Assembly: GCA_965552055.1 (NCBI GenBank)
Contig: CBEVQO010000008.1
Span: 32,915 to 96,914, forward strand
Length of the DNA stretch: 64,000 nt
DNA from: an uncultured bacterium
GTDB lineage: Bacteria; Hydrothermota; UBA3073; NMUJ01; CBEVQO01
Reading direction: 5' to 3'
The notes below the pieces were generated by a model that was given only the letters and a program-made list of their open reading frames with translations, did not search any database and was not told where the DNA came from. Positions within the stretch are counted from its first letter, which is position 1. Each line of letters opens with the position of its first letter. The translations under genes were made by a program, and so were the position numbers. Below are positions 57,357 to 64,000 of the stretch, piece by piece.

Positions 57357-60295
57357 TTAAAAGAAAGCATTTACTTGAGAAAGTCAAAGGTAAAAGAATT
57401 GTGATTGCGGATGCAGGCGCTGGTTATGGCAAAACCGTATTTTTAAATCAAATAGCACAGCATAAAGACAAGAAATTATGGATAACATTGAGAGAGGAAG
57501 ATGCATCACAAAAAATTTTCTCACAAAAATTGACAAAAATATTGTCCGGGTATTTTGAAAAAGATTTTGAAAATTTAACAGAGGCACTTAATTTTTTATG
57601 CAAAGCAAGACCTTCTTTATCCTTCTTCATAGATGACATCCATAACCTATCTCAAGGATCTTCATCTTTGCTTCGCTATTTTATAAATTATTCGCCTGAT
57701 TCTTGTGAATTTTTCCTTGCAGGAAGAGGAATTAGAAAATTACTCGGTGATATTGTAATTAAAGAAGAAACTTTAATTTTAACAGAAAAAGACCTCTCAT
57801 TAAAATTAAAAGAGGTGGAGAAATTACTCGAGATAAACGACTTGGAAATTGATTTTGCAAAGAGAATTTATAATGTGACAAAGGGCTTTCCTGTCGCGGT
57901 TTCCCTTATAATAAATCTTTTATGCGAAAAATATGATTTTGATAAAGTATTGAAAGAATTTGAAGAAAAACATTTACTACCTTTCTTTGAATTTGCACTT
58001 GAAAAACTGGAACCTTCTCTCAAAGAAAAATTGATTTTATTATCCTTTTTACCTTCCCGTATTTTTCGCAAATATTTTTCGAGAAGTGATTTAGAAAAGA
58101 TGCGTAAAGCAGGACTTCCACTCACATATACAGAGGAAAAGCCAGAACCCCATAATCTCTTAATAAACTTCATAAGAAAACATTACGAAGATTTCTTCAA
58201 AAATAAAAGAGATTTTTATAAGAAAATAGCGGAAAAAGAGCCACTTTTGGGAAAGTTAATAGTTTTATTAACAATTGAAGATTATGAGGAAGCCGAAAAA
58301 CTTGTCGAAACTGAAGGCTTTGAAAAATTTCGAGAGTTTTTATACATATCCGATGAACAACTGCCGGCATCTGCATTGGAACTCGTTGAAAATATAAAGA
58401 AGTATCCACACTTATCTGTACTCCTTGGAGCAAATGTTATCTACAATCCACCGAAATATAATTTGCCAGATAGAGAAAATGTCCTCAATAAAATGATAGA
58501 AATTTTAACTAAATCTTTGCCTTCAATTCATAAAGAAAAAGATTTTGTCTACAATTTTATTCTGCGTGCCTTAAATTTAATCAGAAATTATGGAAAAATG
58601 GGAAAAATATTGCGAACAGTTCTCGAAACATTCTCCGAAGCCAGCCCTTATTATGCCGAATTTTTAAGACATAAAGCGTTATATCATCTATATGAAGAAA
58701 ATAACTTCGAAAAAGCAAAAGAGTATATAACAAAAGCACTTGAACATGCAGAAAAATATTCTTATGAGTCAAACATTTATGATATTTTATTACATACCTA
58801 TTATGATTTTCTGTTAATATCTGGTTATTATGGTGGCAATCAATCAGAATATGAGTCTGTAATAAAAAAAGCATTAGATATCTGTAACCTTTGTGATAAT
58901 TTGAAAATGAAGGCTATTTTTCTGATAGAACTGGCAGATTGTTATTTTTGTTCAGGCGATTTTAAAAAAGCGCTGATATATTATCAGGAAGGTTTAAAAT
59001 TAGGAGAATTTCTACAAAATGAAGAAACAATTTATTCGGCACTCGGACAAATATTTCACATTTATTATTTCACAAAGAAATTTGAAAAATTAGAAGAAAT
59101 ACTGAGGAAAATAGAAAAATTAAATGTAATTAAGACGAATATGGGATTTAAGGCAGCGTATCTCTCAATAAAAGGCACATATTTATGCATCTGTGGAAAA
59201 TACAGGGAAGCTCTCAGGTATTTTGAAGAAACTGCAAAAATCTTTAAAGAAACAAAGAATGAATCTGCACTACCCGGTATTTTGATATTTATTGGGTCGG
59301 TTTTCAGAGAATTAAATAAGAAAAAAGAAGCAATCGATGAATTTTCAAAAACATATATGCTTGCAGAAAAAATAGAAAATGGTCAGGTTATGGCTGATAG
59401 TTTATTGAATCTTGCATATTTAGGGGTGGAAAAAGATAAAAATCTTGAAAAAGCTTTAGCCATTGTAGAGAAATATGGATTGAAAGGAAATTTTTATGTC
59501 GATTGGCTGATTTCTCCACAAAAGGTGAAAATTCCTCTTCTTAAATACGCAAAAGAAAAAGGCATAAAGAAAAATGTTGTTGAAGATATTTTAAAAGACT
59601 TACCTTACTGGAACGAATTGCATGTGCTTGGCAAAGCCGTGCTTTACCGCGAAGGCGAGCCTGTAGAAATCAAAAGTAAAAGATTAATTGAACTTCTCTG
59701 CTTTTTCTTATGTAATTATGGAAAATGGATATCGAGAGATAGCATTCTTGATGAAGTTTATTTCCATTATGGCAGAAAGGATGTTAAAAAGTTGCAGGGG
59801 AAATTGAGAAAAGATTTACATGATTTGCGAAAAATAATAGACCCTGATAAGAAATTTTTACAATATGACCCTTATACTGGCAGTTATAAACTTGATTTTG
59901 GAGAAGATTTTAAAGTTGATGTTATAGAATTTAAAAGGTTGGCAGAAAAGGGATTACAATATGGAGATGAAGATTTGTTACAGGAAGCGATTAAACTATG
60001 GAAAGGCGAACCTTTTGAAGAATATGAATATTTGATAGATTTTCTGTATTTTTTAACATGGAAGGAAAATTTGAAGAATTTATTTTTGAAAGTTTTATAT
60101 AAGCTTTGTGAAATAAATTTTGACAAAGGATTATATGAAGAAGTTCTTTCTTTGTGTGAGAGGGGGTCAATTTATGAGCCTGAAGATGAGATTTTGCAGA
60201 AATGGCGGATAAAAGCGTTGCGTGCACAAAATAACTTCATTGCAGCAAATAAAGCACAGGAAGAATTCGAAAAATTAAAAAGAAAATTTTTGTAA
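57353..60295 (+). CDS. MalT/SARP-like large regulator: P-loop ATPase, TPR repeats, wHTH, BTAD
   Basis: AGAGYGKT, FFIDDIH, T.GFP.A, TPR helices, LLCFFL...W.SRD, VDVIEF, AIKLWKGEPF. Confidence 0.8.
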   Translation: MIKRKHLLEKVKGKRIVIADAGAGYGKTVFLNQIAQHKDKKLWITLREEDASQKIFSQKLTKILSGYFEKDFENLTEALNFLCKARPSLSFFIDDIHNLSQGSSSLLRYFINYSPDSCEFFLAGRGIRKLLGDIVIKEETLILTEKDLSLKLKEVEKLLEINDLEIDFAKRIYNVTKGFPVAVSLIINLLCEKYDFDKVLKEFEEKHLLPFFEFALEKLEPSLKEKLILLSFLPSRIFRKYFSRSDLEKMRKAGLPLTYTEEKPEPHNLLINFIRKHYEDFFKNKRDFYKKIAEKEPLLGKLIVLLTIEDYEEAEKLVETEGFEKFREFLYISDEQLPASALELVENIKKYPHLSVLLGANVIYNPPKYNLPDRENVLNKMIEILTKSLPSIHKEKDFVYNFILRALNLIRNYGKMGKILRTVLETFSEASPYYAEFLRHKALYHLYEENNFEKAKEYITKALEHAEKYSYESNIYDILLHTYYDFLLISGYYGGNQSEYESVIKKALDICNLCDNLKMKAIFLIELADCYFCSGDFKKALIYYQEGLKLGEFLQNEETIYSALGQIFHIYYFTKKFEKLEEILRKIEKLNVIKTNMGFKAAYLSIKGTYLCICGKYREALRYFEETAKIFKETKNESALPGILIFIGSVFRELNKKKEAIDEFSKTYMLAEKIENGQVMADSLLNLAYLGVEKDKNLEKALAIVEKYGLKGNFYVDWLISPQKVKIPLLKYAKEKGIKKNVVEDILKDLPYWNELHVLGKAVLYREGEPVEIKSKRLIELLCFFLCNYGKWISRDSILDEVYFHYGRKDVKKLQGKLRKDLHDLRKIIDPDKKFLQYDPYTGSYKLDFGEDFKVDVIEFKRLAEKGLQYGDEDLLQEAIKLWKGEPFEEYEYLIDFLYFLTWKENLKNLFLKVLYKLCEINFDKGLYEEVLSLCERGSIYEPEDEILQKWRIKALRAQNNFIAANKAQEEFEKLKRKFL

Positions 60296-60382
60296 ATAAA
60301 GTTCCCACCATAAAATAGGGAAAAATTGTAACACCAAAATAACACCCATTGATTAAAATTGATGAAGCAAAAAGGAGGGGGT

Positions 60383-60820
60383 ATGAAGAAATTATTAGGC
60401 ATTCTGATCTTATTCTCAGGGGCACTATTTGCAAAAGAAGCGACATGGAGATTGGTGGGAAGTTTCCCGAATAAGTCTGCAGATGAAGTATGGAGTATCA
60501 TAACAGATGTTGTACTGGAAAAGGGATACGAATTTACTGTCATTGAAAGAGGTTCAGGGTATCTAAAGACAGGCACTCGTATTGAGGAAAAAGATGACAT
60601 GTGGCTTCCAGCAATAAGGGAATACTGGCTTGAAGTTAAAATGAAAACTTCTCCGCCTTACGATGTAAAAATCAGAGTACCGTATAAAGAATCACAGGGA
60701 TTGGCATGTTGCTTTATTCCTTTGGTAGAGCCGAAGTTGGAAGAAGCCGAAATGAAAGGCAATTATAAAGAGAAAGAAGAAGAAATCATTAAAGAAATAC
60801 AGATAAGATTACAGAAATAA
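60383..60820 (+). CDS. Hypothetical exported protein
   Basis: SD AAGGAGGGGG; signal peptide; SGYLKT. Confidence 0.65.
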   Translation: MKKLLGILILFSGALFAKEATWRLVGSFPNKSADEVWSIITDVVLEKGYEFTVIERGSGYLKTGTRIEEKDDMWLPAIREYWLEVKMKTSPPYDVKIRVPYKESQGLACCFIPLVEPKLEEAEMKGNYKEKEEEIIKEIQIRLQK

Positions 60821-60826
60821 AAATGG

Positions 60827-61608
60827 TGCCGGGATGCGGGCTAAAGTATTTAAATTAAAAAGGAGGGGAATATGAGAAGGTGGATGCCTTTTATTGGAGT
60901 CATTATTCTTATATTAACTGCATGTAAAGAGAAGGAGACAGTAGTAAAGGATGAAACACAGACTTGTAAAAAGGGTTGCCACTATTGCTATTGGAAAAAT
61001 TTCAGTGCGAATAAGTCGATTCGCGTGGAGTTTGAATTGCTATCTGGAAACTCCGCCGATATCCTCTTACTAACGGAAGAAGATTATAATGATTATGTAA
61101 ATACTTTTAAAAAAGACACTATTGATAAGGTGGTTAATTATATTATTCCTGCGGGATTATTTGAATTATTCTGGTCAGAAAAAGCGATTAATAAAGGGGA
61201 TTGGGTTTCTTTTTATTTTTCGGCCTCTATCCCTTGCAGTGTGGCTATAGCTTATAAAAAATCAGGTCAAATGATAAATAAGTGGTGGGCTTCTTCAATC
61301 AGTTATGAATGGAAATCCACTGAAACAGATTCATTGATAGTAGCAGTTATGAATTGTTCCTCTATGGATGCAAATGTTAGCTTATTCCTCTGCAAACGAA
61401 AAAGTAGTTCCTTTAATTACATTCCTGAAGGAACGAAATTCAAAGTAAGTGAGTTCTCTTATTCCTACACCATTCCATCGAATGGAAATTATTATATTGT
61501 GATAGATAACACTGATATAATTGGTATTGACGATGCTCTTCCTACACAAGATTTACAATTCCATATAAAAATAACAGAAAAATAAATTTGTTGGCCCGCA
61601 TCCCGGCA
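60827..61608. repeat. Perfect 15-bp inverted repeats (60827-60841 / 61594-61608) bracketing one gene
   Basis: TGCCGGGATGCGGGC ... GCCCGCATCCCGGCA. Confidence 0.9.
60872..61585 (+). CDS. Lipoprotein, paralog of 55744-56469
   Basis: LTAC lipobox; EGTKF...FSY...YIVIDN...DALP...IKIT. Confidence 0.75.
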   Translation: MRRWMPFIGVIILILTACKEKETVVKDETQTCKKGCHYCYWKNFSANKSIRVEFELLSGNSADILLLTEEDYNDYVNTFKKDTIDKVVNYIIPAGLFELFWSEKAINKGDWVSFYFSASIPCSVAIAYKKSGQMINKWWASSISYEWKSTETDSLIVAVMNCSSMDANVSLFLCKRKSSSFNYIPEGTKFKVSEFSYSYTIPSNGNYYIVIDNTDIIGIDDALPTQDLQFHIKITEK

Positions 61609-61634
61609 GTGGTTATTTTTAAAAAGGAGGTATT

Positions 61635-62045
61635 ATGAAAGAGAAAATGTTAAAGTGTGGAGAATTAAACGAGGTGAGAAATCAGAAATGGTAAAGGAAT
61701 GCTTATCTCATGAAAATGATAAACCTCATTTGCTCATTAAAGTAGAAATTGACTACATTAGATCGCATACTCGGAATAATTTGTGATACCAATGGAAAGC
61801 CTTTAACCTCTCGGCGATGCCAAGAAGAAAGATATGACTTTTATGAAAAATATAAAGAAGGAGAGGAAATTCTATTTTGTACTTCCGTCAGAAACATATG
61901 GAAAGTAATACGAATGGATATAGATAAAAATGACATTATATGGGTATGGCTTGAACATTTATTAATAAAACTATCGCCTCCGATAGTGACCCAAAAAACT
62001 ATCGCCTCCGATAGTGACCCAATAAGTAGTATTGCAAGTCAGTAA
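61635..62045 (+). pseudogene. Probable gene remnant with several frameshifts
   Basis: SD AAGGAGGT plus ATG 61635 stops after 19 codons; coding-like text continues in other frames; 28-bp tandem duplication at the end. Confidence 0.45.
61967..62022 (+). repeat. 28-bp tandem duplication containing a hairpin
   Basis: AAAACTATCGCCTCCGATAGTGACCCAA x2. Confidence 0.95.
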
Positions 62046-62203
62046 TAAGGAGTACTATAGATCTTATCTTCAATGCTCCTTTTGTGAAAGAAGAACGGTA
62101 AAAAGGCACACAATGCAATTGTGGGAAATCAATAAATATAACAACTGTTATTAAGCAAATTTAGACTGATAGTTCCTTCTTTTGTCCTCAGTGCTATTCT
62201 CAC

Positions 62204-62833
62204 TTAAGACTCTTTCTTCGGTAATATCCTTACTCTCCTTCCTTCGATTTTGAGGCGTCCTTCTGCAAAAAGGTTAACTGCCTCTGTATAAATTTGATGC
62301 TCAACTTTTAAAATCCTTTCTGCAAGTGTTTCTTCTGTATCATCTTCTTTCACTTCCACTGCCCTCTGGATTATTATTGGACCCGTATCTATCCCTTCAT
62401 CAACAAAATGCACAGTAGCTCCTGTAACCTTCACCCCGTAATCAAGCGCCTGTTTCTGCGCCCTCAATCCTGGAAACGCAGGCAAAAGCGAAGGATGAAT
62501 GTTCATAATTCTATTTGGAAACGCCTCTAAAAATTTCTTTTTCAAAATCCTCATAAAACCTGCAAGACAGACAAGTTCTACTCCATGCTTTTTCAAACAT
62601 TCAATATATTTTTCTTCGGCTTCAGGTGATAGCACTGTCTTTTTCGGACCAGGTGGTATGTAATACGCAGGTATGCCTGCTTTCCTTGCTCTTTCAAGTG
62701 CTTTAGCATTTGGATTATCGGATATAACACAAACAATTTCTGCCTTCAATTTTCCGGATTTCATATTATCAATAAGTGCCTGTAAATTCGTCCCCCTACC
62801 AGATGCAAGAACACCGATTTTTAACTTACTCAT
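62204..62833 (-). CDS. purN: Phosphoribosylglycinamide formyltransferase
   Basis: SGRGTNLQA, LAGFMRIL, NIHPSLLP, GATVHFV..GIDTGPII. Confidence 0.97.
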   Translation of the reverse strand: MSKLKIGVLASGRGTNLQALIDNMKSGKLKAEIVCVISDNPNAKALERARKAGIPAYYIPPGPKKTVLSPEAEEKYIECLKKHGVELVCLAGFMRILKKKFLEAFPNRIMNIHPSLLPAFPGLRAQKQALDYGVKVTGATVHFVDEGIDTGPIIIQRAVEVKEDDTEETLAERILKVEHQIYTEAVNLFAEGRLKIEGRRVRILPKKES

Positions 62834-63525
62834 AACAACTTTTTTAATTCCTCATACAGATTTATAATTTTTTCCGCATCCTCTTTCCTTATTTCTTTGT
62901 CATAAACATATCGAGCATCATTTCGCTTATTAAGTCCATCATATAATTCAGCTACAATTTCCTTTGGTATTTTCCCTGTTTTCACAAACAGTTCACTAAA
63001 TTTGGAGAGCAATCCGCCATGAGTTTTTGGCAGAGTATCCATCTCTTTTATCAGCATAGATTTAATAAGCAATTCACATGCATTGTAAGAAGTATCAACA
63101 GCTATCCTGTATTCTCCCATCTCGAGATTTTTCTTAGCTCCATTGATGTAATCTTCTGCAAGTTTTTGATAATTTAATGACATTTTTTCTTTTAATTCTT
63201 CTTTTTTCATTTTGTAAACCTCCTTACCATTTTCTTTTATATGATAAATAAAATAATCAGAGGGATAAAGATAATCGTTTAAATGAACTGTAAAAACTTG
63301 TATCAACTCACCTCTTTCAATAAGTGTATTTACTGCAAATTCTTTTAATTTTTCATTTAAAGCACCATTTTTAAAAGTAACAACGAGCACATCAATATCG
63401 CTTTCTTTTGTGAAATCACCCCGTGCTACACTACCAAACAATACAATGTGAGTTATAAAATCCTTATAATTAGAGGTTATTTTTTTAACAAAGTCATTAA
63501 GCGCTCTCTCTTTTTCTCCTTTCAC
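62830..63525 (-). CDS. MNT-HEPN fusion protein
   Basis: LFGSVARGD...SDIDVL then AVDTSYNACE...PKTHGG...RNDARY. Confidence 0.85.
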   Translation of the reverse strand: MKGEKERALNDFVKKITSNYKDFITHIVLFGSVARGDFTKESDIDVLVVTFKNGALNEKLKEFAVNTLIERGELIQVFTVHLNDYLYPSDYFIYHIKENGKEVYKMKKEELKEKMSLNYQKLAEDYINGAKKNLEMGEYRIAVDTSYNACELLIKSMLIKEMDTLPKTHGGLLSKFSELFVKTGKIPKEIVAELYDGLNKRNDARYVYDKEIRKEDAEKIINLYEELKKLL

Positions 63526-64000
63526 TTCACTTTAATTATCTTGCGGTTGATGATTTTATCTCCTGCTTTCATTTTCAAAATGTAAACACCTGCTGGTAAT
63601 TCTCTCATATCATATTTTGCTCTGTTAATGCCCGATTTCATCTCACCGCAATACAATACTTTTACCAATCTACCACAGAGATCATAAAGATTTAATTCAA
63701 TTTTTGATTTCTGAGGCAAAGTATAAATCACAATCAAATTATCTGCGAATGGATTTGGATATGAAAATAGATTAAAGCTCCAGAATTTTCTTTTTGACTT
63801 TAAACTTATCGGTATTCCTTTCAGGTTCCAGTGTATATCTTCTGAAGGTGCTGATGGATGCAGTGGGTCTGAATTTTGTGCCCCCATGTAGTATGCCATT
63901 AAAGCAATATCTGCAATATGGCGGGCTCCGGGTCTATATCCCCTTTCCCAATAATCATCAATCCCACCATTTAAACCCTGACCCACTCCAAGAACATAGA
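63522..64000 (-). CDS. 3' part of a secreted protein with T9SS type A C-terminal sorting domain (runs off the window)
   Basis: SYPNPF...I.Y.LP....I.L.LYD..GRLV...LPAGVYIL......KIIKVK; frame open to 64000. Confidence 0.85.
   Translation of the reverse strand, partial: YVLGVGQGLNGGIDDYWERGYRPGARHIADIALMAYYMGAQNSDPLHPSAPSEDIHWNLKGIPISLKSKRKFWSFNLFSYPNPFADNLIVIYTLPQKSKIELNLYDLCGRLVKVLYCGEMKSGINRAKYDMRELPAGVYILKMKAGDKIINRKIIKVK

Noticed and set aside
61967..62022. Mini CRISPR array (28-bp palindromic repeat)
   Set aside because: Only two copies, directly adjacent, with no spacer
692..62867. Many short antisense or nested ORFs in the six-frame track
   Set aside because: They are shadows of well-supported genes and have no motifs or start signals

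Overview
AT-rich, lysine/glutamate-rich chromosomal window from a diderm, probably anaerobic and thermophilic bacterium. A T9SS-type C-terminal sorting domain, HdrA and many HEPN/MNT modules suggest the FCB group, possibly WOR-3-like (inference). Core genes (purE, purN, folE2, nnrDE, hdrA, gpsA, pyrG, PBP1A, ruvABC, yebC, wecB, polA) are mixed with seven nucleotidyltransferase/HEPN modules, an ABC-ATPase plus frameshifted TOPRIM-like pair, surface lipoproteins (PKD, beta-propeller) and a flagellar flgF-G-A-H-I-J-N-K-L operon. Main observations: (1) FlgF has a complete lytic transglycosylase domain inserted in it, while FlgJ is a short form without muramidase; (2) two ACT-domain genes sit between flgI and flgJ; (3) TTGAC(A/T)...TAnnnT promoters recur with a 15-bp spacer and many genes look leaderless; (4) all three MNT-HEPN fusion genes keep a perfect internal AAGGAGGT plus in-frame ATG at the domain junction; (5) a (CT)n tract in a leader uORF could switch an anti-SD structure for a surface lipoprotein; (6) there is a three-copy dispersed repeat, and single genes are bracketed by direct or inverted repeats. 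No rRNA, tRNA, CRISPR array, integrase, transposase or reverse transcriptase was seen. All calls come from reading motifs by eye, without database searches.
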